Shown one piece after another: positions 20,989 through 32,900 of a DNA stretch of 64,000 nt. How positions within the stretch are numbered: position 1 is the stretch's first letter; each line of letters starts with the position of its first letter. Source of the stretch: Okamejei kenojei (taxonomy: Eukaryota); assembly GCA_035221665.1 (NCBI GenBank), contig CM069168.1, forward strand, positions 17,484,001 to 17,548,000. Reading direction: 5' to 3'. The position numbers and the translations under genes were made by a program. The notes beneath the pieces were generated by a model. It saw only the letters and a list, made by a program, of their open reading frames with translations, was not told where the DNA came from and searched no databases.

Positions 20989-23900
20989 GTAATGGAGGCC
21001 GGGAGACAGCGCGTTCAATCCCCTCTCCCCCCCCCTTCCTCTTCCCCTTCGCCCCCCTCCACCTCTCCCCTCCCCTTCCCCTCCCCCTTCCCCTCCTCTC
21101 CCCCCTTCCCCTCCTCTCTCTCCCCTCTCTTCCCTCCTCTCCCCCCTTCCCCCTCCCTCCGTCCCCTCCTTCCCCCCCTCACCCCCTCCCCTCCACTCTC
21201 TCCCCCTTCCCCTCCCTCCCCCCCTTCCTCCTCTATTCTCCCCCTTCCCTTCCCCCTCCCCTCGTCTCTCCCCCTTCCCCTCCTCTCATCCCTCCCCCGT
21301 TCCGATTCCCCTCCCTCTCTCTCCCCCCTTCCCCTCCTCTCTCTCCCCCGCTTCCCCTCCTCCCCCCCTTCACCGCTCCTCCTCCCCTCCTCTCCCCCTT
21401 CCCCTCCCTCTCGTCCCCTCCTACCCCCCTCCCCTCCTCTCCCCCCTTCCCCCTCTCCCCCTCCCCTCCTCTCATCCCCCTTCCCCTCCTCCTTCTCCCC
21501 CTTCCCCTCCTCTCTCTCCGACCCCCTTCCCCTCCTCTCCCCTCCCTCGTCCCCCTTACCCTCCCTCGTCTCATCCCCCTTCCCCTCCTCTCTCCCCCCC
21601 CTTCCCCTCCCTCTCTCCCCCCCCCTTCCCCCCCTCCATCCTTCCCCCCCCCTTTCCCCCCGCTCTCACCCCTTCCCCTCCTCCCCACTCTCCTCTGCCC
21701 CCCTTCCCCCCTTCCTCCTCCTCTCCCCCCCTTCCCCTCCTCTCTCCCCCCCGTTCCCCTCCTCTCATCCTCCCCTTCCCTCCCTCTTCCCCCCATCCCC
21801 TCCTCTCTCCCCCCCCTTCCCCTCCTCTCTCCCCCCTCCCTATCCCCTCCTCTCTCCCCCCCCCTCCCCTTTCCCCTCCTCTCTCCCCCCCCTCTCCCCC
21901 CCCTCCTCCTCTCCCCCCCTTTTCCCCTCTTCTCCCCCCTCCTCTCTCCCCCCTTCCCCTTCTCTCCCCCCTTCCCTCCTCTCCTCTCCCTCCCCTTCCC
22001 CTCCTCTTCTCTCCCCCCCTCCTCTACTCCCTCCCCTCCTCTCTCCCCCCCTTCCCCTCCTCCCCCCTTCCCCTCCTCCGCCCCCTATCCCCTCCTCTCT
22101 CCCCCCTTCCCCTTCCCCTCTCCCCTCCGTTCCCCTCCTCTCTCCCCCATCCCCCCCCCTTCCCCTCCTCTCTCCCCCCTCTTCCCCTCCCTCATCTCTC
22201 TCTCCCCGCCCTTCATCTCCCCCCCACTCCTCTCTCCCGCCTTCCCCTCCTTCATCCTCCTCTCTCCCCCCCTTCCCCCATCCTCTCTCCCCCCCCATCC
22301 CCTCCTCTCTCCCCCCCCCCCTTCTCTAACCTTCCCCTTCTCTTACCCCTCCTCTCCCCCCCTTCCCCTCCTCTCTCCCCCCCTTCCCCTCCTCTCTCCC
22401 CGCCTCCTTCCCCTCCTCTCTCCCCCCCCTTCCCCTCCTCTCTCCCCCCCCTTCCCTCCCCATCTCACCCCGCCTTCCCTCCTTCTCCTCTCCCCTCCAC
22501 CTTCCCCTCCTCTCTCCGCCCCCCTTCCCCTCCTCTCTCTGCCCCCCTCCCTGCGTGCTGCGGAGTCCCCCGCGCGCGTTCCACCCCATCCCCCCCCACT
22601 TTTCTCTTCGCCACACCCTTCCCCTCCTCTCTCCCCCCCCCTCTCCCCTCCTCTAACCCTCCTTCCCCTCCGCTCCCCCCCCCTTACCCCTCCTCCTCCC
22701 CCCTCTCTCCCCGCCCCCTACCCCCTTCCCTCCTCTCTTCCCCCCCTTCCCCTCCTCTCATCCCCCCCCTTCCCCTCCTCTCTCCCCCCCCTTCCCCTCC
22801 TCCCCCCCCCCCTTCCCCTCCTCTCGTCCCCCCCTTCCCCTTCCTCTCCCCTCCCCTCCTCACTCCCCCCCCTCTCTCTCCCCACCCCTTCCCCTCCTCC
22901 TCCCCCCCCTTACCCCTCCTCTCATCCCCCCCCCTCTTTCCCCTCCTCTCTCCCCACCCTTCCCCTCCGCTTCCCCTCCTCCCCCCTTCCCCTTCCTTCC
23001 CCTCTCCCCCCCTTCCTCTCGTCTCCCTCCCCTTCCCCTCCTCTCTCCCCACTCCTCTCCCCTCCTCTCTCCCCCTTCCCCCTCCCTCCCCTCTGACTCT
23101 CCCTTCCCCCACCCTCCCTTCCCCTCCTCCCCTATCCCCTCCACTCCTACCCCTCTCCTCCCCCCTTCCCTCACTCTCCCCCTCTTCCCTCCTCTCCCTC
23201 TCCCCTTCCCCTCCCTCCCCCCCTCCCCCCTCCCCTCCCCCCCCCCTTCCCCTCCGCCTCCCCACCTCCCTCCCCTCCCCCCTTCCCCTCCCTTCCCTCC
23301 CCCCTGTCCCCTCNNNNNNNNNNNNNNNNNNNNNNNNNNNNNNNNNNNNNNNNNNNNNNNNNNNNNNNNNNNNNNNNNNNNNNNNNNNNNNNNNNNNNNN
23401 NNNNNNNNNNNNNNNNNNNNNNNNNNNNNNNNNNNNNNNNNNNNNNNNNNNNNNNNNNNNNNNNNNNNNNNNNNNNNNNNNNNNNNNNNNNNNNNNNNNN
23501 NNNNNNNNNNNNNNNNNNNNNNNNNNNNNNNNNNNNNNNNNNNNNNNNNNNNNNNNNNNNNNNNNNNNNNNNNNNNNNNNNNNNNNNNNNNNNNNNNNNN
23601 NNNNNNNNNNNNNNNNNNNNNNNNNNNNNNNNNNNNNNNNNNNNNNNNNNNNNNNCCCCTTCGCCTCCCCTCCCCTCCTTCTCCCTCTCTCCCCCTCCCC
23701 TCCCCTCCCCTTCCCCTCCTCTCCCCCCCTCTCCCCCTCACGCCCCCTTCCCCCTCCCCTCTCTCCCCCTCCTCCTCTCTCCCCTCCCCTCCCCCCTCCC
23801 CTCACACCCCCNNNNNNNNNNNNNNNNNNNNNNNNNNNNNNNNNNNNNNNNNNNNNNNNNNNNNNNNNNNNNNNNNNNNNNNNNNNNNNNNNNNNNNNNN

Positions 23901-26900
23901 NNNNNNNNNNNNNNNNNNNNNNNNNNNNNNNNNNNNNNNNNNNNNNNNNNNNNNNNNNNNNNNNNNNNNNNNNNNTCCCCCACCCTCCCCTCCTCTCCCT
24001 CCCCTCCCCCCTTCCCCTCCCCTCCCCCCCTTCCCCTCCCCTCCTCTCCCCCCCTTCCCCTCCCTCCCTCCCCCTCCCCCCCCCTTCCCCTCCACTCCTC
24101 CCTCCCCTCCTCCCCTTCCCCTCCCACAATCCCCTCCCCTCCCCCCCTTTCCCCTCCCTCCCCCCCCTTCCCCTCCCCTCCCCCCCTTCCCCTCCCCGTC
24201 CCCCCCCTTCCCCTCCGCTCCTCTCACTCCTCCCCCCCTCCCCCCTCCTCCCCTCCCCTCCCCCCTTCCCCTCCTCTCCCACCCCCCTCCTCTCCCCCTT
24301 CCCCTCCGCTCCCCCCCTTGCCACCTCCATCCCCCCTCTTCCCCTCCTTCCCCCTCTTCCCCTCCTCCCCCTCTTCCCCCGCCTCTCCCCCCTTCCCCTC
24401 CTCTCGCGCCCAACACACCACAATTTCTTGCCGCGTATAAGATAAAAAAGAGGACCTCTCCCCCCTTCCCCTCATCCCCCCTTCAGCACTATGCCGCACT
24501 CCTGCAAAGTCCCCCTCCTCTCCCCCTTCCCCTCAAAAATGAGAATGAGATCAAAAAGTCCCCCTATCACCCTCCCCCGCTTCCCCTCCTCTCCAGCACA
24601 ACATAAAATATCCTCCTTTTTGTTTGTTTTTCTGTCCCCCTTCCCCTCCTCTCTCCCCCTTCCCGAAGAGTGTAAGCGTGAGATAGTCGAAGGAGTTTTA
24701 GAGGATCCATTGTCCATATCTCCTCCCTCCTCCCTGCAAGTTATCACCTACCCTAGAGAAAAGAAAAAAGTGATCTCTCGCTAGTGCTCCTCTCCCCCTT
24801 CCCGTCTCCCTCTCCCCCCCTCTCCCCCTCCTCCCTCTCCCCCTTCCCCCCAACCTTCCTTTTCTCCCCCTGATGCTTCCCCCCCACCCATAGTGAAAAG
24901 AGAGAGAGAGATCACCCTCCCCTGGGGTAACAGTCCTTCATCAGTCACCACCCCCTCATAGATTCTATCCATAAAAGCCCCAGAAAATTGTGAAAAAAAA
25001 GAGAGTATCTCCTACAAGCTGTTACACCACGCCCCCCCCTAGGGATATGTTTCTCTCTCATATCCTCCCTCACCACACTCTCTACAGGAAAAAGAAAAAA
25101 AGAAGGGTGTTATAAGTGAGAATAGACTACCCTTCTCCAGGGTAAGTGAAGTCACCTCCCCCCCCCCCCCCCCAGACTTCTTACTTCTCCCTGGCTGTTT
25201 GGGAAAATGATCGAGCTCGAGCGTGTAGCAATCCCCCTTACACACTTAGAATATGTATCTACAGACCAACCGTAGATGAGAGAGAGGTAGAAGAGAGTTA
25301 TATTGTCCCGCTCAGCCCCTCACTCTGCCCTCCCTCAGACTGATTCATCAAGACCACTTTCAATTTGTGTGTGATGTTTGTTATCTGTAGTGGAAGTAGT
25401 AAATTAGTGGGCTAACTTTTTGAAGGGGGGGGGGGGGGGGGGGTAAGAAATACGGTTATGCACCAGTTTGCAAACTGTTAATAACTTTGAGATAAAAAAA
25501 AAATGAAAAATCCCAAGGACAAGTACAATGCATTTCTTAGTTTGTTGATCATTATCAGCAGCAATGAACGTCCGTGTGGAAAGATCCCAGCTCACAGTCG
25601 CATTTACTTCCCAGTTCCTGACCTAATCAACAATCAATTTGTGAGAGCTCACGGAAATCTGGACAGCATTTTGGAGGAATGGACAGGTGACATTTTGGAA
25701 GTCTGTCCTACTTCATAATGATGGAAGTAGGAGGTGGGGGTTTGTATGGGAAGTAAGCTGGAAAAGAGAAGTAAAGCTGTCAACTTCAGTTGTCTTGTAG
25801 TCAATGACTCCTGTCTGAATATTCTGGTCCCCACAGGATAAACCCAGTTCATCACACCTATCAGGATGGAGGTGAGCTTCCAATTGGATAGAAGAAGGTC
25901 ACAAATATGTTCTTAAAGGACAAAACAAATTATGAGTTTACACTAAGCAATGGTTCCTAAGAACCACATGATATTGTGGATTTTATATGTGTTAATAATT
26001 TTGTTAATTTGTTTTCCACAGATTAACTTAATTTTAATTTCACATTTTAATTGGTTTAGTTTATTTTGTTTAGAGATACAGCGTGGAAACGGGCCCTTAA
26101 GCCCACCGAGTCTGCATCGACCAGCGATCCCCGCACATTAGCACTAGGGACAATTTATACTTTTACCAAAGCCAATTAACCTACAAACTTGCATGTCTTT
26201 GGAGTGTGGGAGGAAACCAAAGATCTCGGAGGAAACCCACACAGTTAAGGGGAGAATGTACAAACTCCATACAGACAGCGCCCGTAGTCGGGAACGAGCC
26301 CGGGTCTTCGGCGCTGCAAGCGCTTAAGGCAGCAACTCTACCACTGCGCCACCGTGCCGCAGCTGTCCCGTGGTTGCCGGGTTATAAATAGAAATACACT
26401 TTCAATCTGAGTTTGTCATCTGTAAATTAGATTCTTAATTTGCAGTATACCTGCTTTCTATGTGAGGCTCACATGGAAAGGGAGAATGCGTGTAATACAA
26501 TTTTACAAAATTAATACTTTATCGAGGCTTTCTATTCTGCAGAATGATTACCAAAAACAAAGTAGACATTTAGAATGCAAGTTTGTACTTTTTGTTATCT
26601 TCTGACAGGAAAGCAGCGTCAGTTATCGCAAAATATCCAACAATAATCAAGAGTGGTGCAGAAGCTAAAAAACTGGTGAGCATTTCAATACTAAACATTT
26701 TTGTAACGTTTCAGAATGTTGTAAACTTTAGTTATTCTTCCCAATATTTGCATAATTTAAAACATCTTAAATGAGTTAAAATGACAGGGTATCCAAGTAG
26801 TGTTTTGTGAATAGATGCATTAATATATATTTGCAATGCGTTTTAGGAAGGAGTTGGTGACAGGATTGCAAAGAAGATTGATGAGTTTCTAGCAACAGGA

Positions 26901-29900
26901 AAGTTGCAAAAACTGGAAAAGGTACAGCATGGATTATTTATTCAATTAACCATTTCGAGTGTTAATCGCCGGTTTAGATTTATTGCAGATTAATGGTACG
27001 GGATGATCGAACAATCATCCAAAGTAAGAAATCTATCAGGCGTGAAAAGAAAGCCATGCATGTTTTGTAAAGAAGTTCTTCAGTTCACTTAGGTGGATAC
27101 ATAAAAGACACAAAATGCTGGAGTAACTCAGCGGACAGGCAACAGCTCTGCAGAGAAGGAATGGGTGACGTTTCGGGTCGAGACCCGAAAAGTCACTCAT
27201 TCCTTCTTTCCAGAGTTGTTGCCTGCCCCGCTGAGATACTAAAGTATTTTGTGTCTATATTTGGTATTAACCAGCATCTGCAGTCCTTCCTATACAAAAA
27301 AGCACTGTACGTTTTGAAAAGAGGGTAGTCCACACCACCCCAACCCCAAATGTTTACCAGCGGGGTTGGTATACTTAAAATCTGTTACTGTTGTGAAATC
27401 TTGCTCCAACTAAATTGATTTCCACATTTTCTATAAATGTAGAACTTCAATTTTTTTCAAAATGGTTTAAAAATGATTATAAAGCATCTCTGAAGAAGGG
27501 TCTTGACCCAAAACGTCGCCCATTCCTTCTCTCTAGAGATGCTGTCTCACCCGCTGAGTTACTCCAGTGTTTTGTGTCTACCTTCGTATGGTGTAAATGG
27601 TGTAAAAAGAAATTCCACATCACATCGAGCAACTGGGAGCGCATTGCACTGGACAGGCGCTCCTGGAGGAAATCCGTGCAGGAAGGCGCTGCACGTCACG
27701 AAATGGAACTACGCCGTGTCGCGGAGACAAGGCGACAGCACCGTAAGGGGAGAGAGCGAGAAGGGGGCTCGACGACTACCAAGCACCGCCAGTCTCCACT
27801 GCCCACGTTGCACCAAGGTGTGTGGATCCCGGATCGGCCTCGACTGACATCTGCAGACCCACAAGTAGACGACCCTATGGAGAGGAGAGGACAGTCGTAC
27901 TCGTTTCCAATGACCGCCGATGATGATGGAGTTTAAACTTTTCATATGTTGATGATTACATTGAAATTTTGTTTTCTTTTCTCGCAGATTCGTCAAGATG
28001 ATACCAGTTCATCTATTAACTTTTTAACAAGAGTAACCGGAATAGGGTAAGTTCTGACGGCAATAACATTTATCACAGTGGTACTTCATTATCTGGCAAA
28101 ATGGAGAGGATTCCATCTAACCCAATAATTTTTGTTGCTGATGCCAGTATAGTTTAGTTTATTATTGTCACATGTACTGAGGTACAGTGAAAAGCTTTTG
28201 TTGTGTGCCAACTGTCAGTAGAAAGACAGTATGGATATCAATGGATTTAGTGCTTTCAGAGATACAGCAATGAAAGTAAGAAAGAACTGCAGATGCCGGT
28301 ATAAATTAAAGGTAGACACAAAATGCTGGAGTAACTCAGTGGGTGGGGCAGCATCTCTGGAGAGAAGGAATGTGCGATGGTTTGAGGACGTTTACCAGGA
28401 TGCAGTTTAAGAGATTGGAGACCTCGGACGTTTTCAGCTCAGAATAACGAAAAATTATGTTTAACTGATGGTGCAAGGGCTAGGATTTGCCACAGTAAGT
28501 GAGTTAGTGTCCTGATCAATTTAAAATAATGGGCAAAAGGAAAATAACGGGAATGAGGTGAAATAGTTTGGAAGGGATTTAAACGGGATTGCACCCAGTC
28601 ACGTACTAATGCATGTTGCTACTTTGCAGACCTGCGGCAGCGAGGAAGTTTGTGGAGGAGGGAATCAAGACTTTGGATGGTACGATATTTAAGCACCCAT
28701 TTTTTAAAACTACAACACCAGGCTGTAAAGTTACAATCTTAAATTTAAAAATTAATTGCCATAAATAAAAATACATATGAAAATGTTTGTTTAATTCTTT
28801 GCTATGTATGTGCCATATATTTGCTGAAAATGTATTTATTTCACTTCAACGTTCTGTTAATGATTGGTCATTCATAATGAAAAGCAAAAATCAGCAGTTT
28901 AAAAAAAATAAAACCAGTAAGTGCTGGAGAAAGACAGCAGGCCATGCAACATGTTTAGTTTAGTTTAGAGATGCAGCGTGGAATCAGGCCGTTTGGAAGA
29001 CCGAGTCCATGCTGACCTGCAGTCACTCCAATCTAATTCCATCCTACACATTAGAATGTGGCAGGAAACCGGAGCACCCAGAGGAAACCCACGTGGTCAC
29101 AGGGAGAACATACAAACTCCAGTAGTCTCTGGCGCTGTGCGGCAGCAACCCAGGCAGGGCCCTCCATTTTGAGCATTTACAATTGGGGATGATTAAGAGG
29201 TCACATCTAGAGAACTATGGGGCTGGAGTTGAATATAGGGATGGGAAAGTAAAGTGTTAAGTGCACAGCTCAAACCCATTTACATGGCCACAGTGATGAT
29301 CATCTTTAAATGTACCGCTCTTTGTGAGAGGAAACAGTTAGCCCTCTGGAACGGGAAAACAATTTGATCTAATTCTTGGCAGTACATTTTTTCTGTCATT
29401 TGAAGTCTAAATGACTATTAATGATTTGAAATATAATTTCTCTGATCTACAGATCTGAGAGAGAATGAACACATACTGAATTATCATCAGCGGATTGGCT
29501 TGAAGTAAGTATTTTCGTGGTGGAGCCATTTTGTCATAAATGAAATGAGATACAGTACGGGATCAAAATTAATGGCATAAGATTTGGTGCAGTGAGCAGC
29601 TTTGCTTTCCGCAAATTGTTTGTTGTGGTGCCTACAATCATCATACAGTGTTCCAAACGGGCTCTTCAGCCCAACTTGCCCACAATGACCAACATGGGCA
29701 ACGTGAGCCTGAAAGCGGTAACGTCCAGGTTCAGGAACAGCTTCTTCCCCACATCCATCAGGCTATTAAACACAACAAATAAGCTACGAGCTCTGAACTG
29801 TAAATGACTATGTTATTATTTGTTATTTGCACTATATTTGTTATTTATTGAACTTTTTCTTTTTTTTCCTCCCGTTATATACAATGTTTACATAGTCACA

Positions 29901-32900
29901 TATTCTGTTGAGCAGCAGCAAGTAAGAATTTTATTGTCCCGTCCGGGACATTTGACAATAAAACGCTCTTGACTCTTGACATGCCCCATCAACACTCGTC
30001 CCACCTGCCTGTGTTTGGCCCATATGAGTCTAAACCAGACCTATTCACGTACCTGTCTGAACATAGTCTTCTAAACATTGTGGTAGTACCTGCCTCAACT
30101 ACCTCCTCTGGCAGCTCGTTCCATACACCCACCACCCTTCACGTTTAAAAAAAAAGGTTTCCTCTCAGGTTCCTATTAAATCTTTTCCCTCTGCGAGAGT
30201 TTGTGAGTTTGCCAGAACAGCAGAGAGAGCCAAAGTGAAAGTCTGAAAGAGGGCACCACCCCCTGCCTTACTTTATTGTTAATCACTAAAACCGTTGCAG
30301 TCCTCTTTGTACCCAGACAGTCACCTTTATCCTCCTTTGACTTCTCCTGCCACATACCTTTTCTCTGCCAGAGTGTAAATGTCTACCTATTGGTCATTTG
30401 GAGGAAAATTGCTTTGAAGGGACAGTAATAATGGCAAAGAGCTTGCGGTCAAAATGATTTTATGCAACACAAAATTGGCGGAATAAGATTTTTAGAGAAC
30501 TGGCAGGCAGGTGTATGTTCCATTTAAATCTGAAAGGTGAAGTATATCTTTGTAATCAGAGCCTTGCAGCCAATTATTAAAGTTTTACTGTACCCATTGT
30601 ATTTTCAAGTTGGAGGAAGTAGTTTTATGGGAATTCACGATTCAGCCAGCTATTTCGTTTTACTCCTTGGTTAAGAAAGTTAGTTTGAACCTGTTAAATC
30701 TTCCTGTTGTGCTTTAAAGGATATGGAGACTATTCTGAAATTATCCACAATAATTGAGCATTAATTTTCTCAATATATTAACCTTAAAGACTTCAAAATA
30801 TTTACGTTAATGTCACATCCTTTGTGTTTAATTTGTCTGCTGATTTGGTACTCTGGCTAAAATTGGAGTTGGGGAAAAATGTAATCATTTCATTTCATTT
30901 TTTTAATAGTTTTTCTTAAACTTGAGCAATTATGTTTGCAAGTATTTGCTTGATGTGCTAAAGCCCTCTGGTGGCAATAAAAGGGATAACTAAACAACTT
31001 CTAGGTTTGGACAATAGATCATAAGTGATAGGTGGAGATTTAGGCCATTCAGCCCAACTGGCCTACACTGCCATTCAATCATGGCTGATCTATCTCTCCC
31101 TCCTAACCTCATTCTCCTGCCTTCTCCCCATAACCTCTGACAATAACTCAGTCACACTGTGCTACATGTAATAATCTCGGAAATATTTTTCTTGAAATGG
31201 ATTTTAAAATGGAGGCTGGGCAGTAATACAACATTTAATGTGTTACATGGATCGCACAATTATAGTTTGGATCTGAAACTTGAGTTTCTACCTTGTGCTT
31301 CATGTTAGTTAGTATATTATATGCAGTGCAGGACGATTGGCGAGATATGAAGGTACTCCCTTGGTATTGTGGCAAAGTAGTTGTTATTTTTCGTTGATGC
31401 GAAACCTGAACCATTTAAAAGTAAGGGATGACCTGAATTAAGTCACGCAGGATAACAGAGAGAGCTTTTAACTGAACATTTAACCTGCAGGGGTGACCTA
31501 TAATAGGCGAGTTCAGATGGAATTGCTTTCCAATTACCACGTGCTCAGTTATTTTATTGATTCCTGTAGGTATTTTGATGACTTTGAAAAGCGAATTCCC
31601 CGGACAGAAATGGTGAAAATGCAGGTAAGGCAAAGAGACCTTAACTGGGTAAGATGTGTAGGAAAGAACTGCAGATGCTGGTTAAAATCGAAGGTAGACA
31701 CAAAATGCTGGAGTAACTCAGCAGGACAGGCAGCATATCTGGAGAGAAGGAATGGGTGTTTTTTGGGTCTCGATTAGAGATACAGCGCGGAAACAGGCCC
31801 TTCGGCCCACTGAGTCCCCACCGACCAGAGATCCCCGCACATTAACACTATCCTGCACACACTAGGAACAATTTTTTACATTTATATCAAGCCAATTAAC
31901 CTACAAGTCTGTACGTTTTTGCAGTGCGGGAGGAAACACTTAGAGGCTTACCGGTCAGCCATTTAGAATGGAGAAGAGGAAACCCTTTTTTCATAGAGAG
32001 TTGTGAGTCTGTGGAATTCTCTGCCTCAGAGGGCGGTGGAGGCAGGTTCTCTGGATGCTTTCAAGAGAGAACTGGATAGGGCTCTTAAAGATAGCGGAGT
32101 CAGGGGATATGAGGAAAAGGCAGGAACGGGGTACTGATTGTGGATGATCAGCCATGATCGCATTGAATGACGGTGCTGGCTCGAAGGGCCGAATGGCCCA
32201 CTCCTGCACCTGCTGTCTATTGTCTATTGAAGGCGAAGATGTTGGAGAAAACCCACGCAGGTCACGGGGAGAACGTACAAAATCCGTACAGACAGCACCC
32301 GGGTTTCTAGCACTATAACGCAGCAACTCTATCGCTGAGCCACAGTGCCACCCTTAAACTTTGTAGTTACTTCATTGGTCTCAAAACTTGGGAGGTTCTG
32401 ACATAATGGAAGGAATTGCACAAATGCGTTTTATTTCCCCTTCGACCTCTACTGCAATTTGGTTTAATCAACAATTATTGTTCTCTTTTGAAAACTTGTT
32501 GAAATTGGTTCTAAGAAGCCATCAGTCAAATCTTTCCTCATCTTTAGTCCTCATAAACATCCTCTGGTTTTTCACCATGAGCCATTGGAAACTATTTCAC
32601 GCTACTCATTTAAACCTTTCATGATTTTCACACTTGCATCTAATCTCCAGTTAGTCTTCCCCTGCTGCAAGGAGAACAATCTCAAACTCTCTGGATGATT
32701 TATAAAATGCCGATGAATAGATGGGAATAATGAATCCCTGTAATCATTTAGTAAATCTCTGCTCTTTAGGAAAAACTGCACACCATTCCTAAGTTTGGTG
32801 CTTAGCAGTTAACATTCCCTGAATATCTATGTGCCTATCCAGAATCCTATTAAAAGCCCCCATCGTATCTGCCTCATCTGCCACAATTGGCAGCATGTTC

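Noticed and set aside
20928-23096. 722-aa proline-rich ORF and overlapping Gly/Arg/Glu-rich minus-strand ORFs
   Set aside because: POLB exon 1 read through its donor into a C/T minisatellite that lacks stop codons; not an extensin-like gene.
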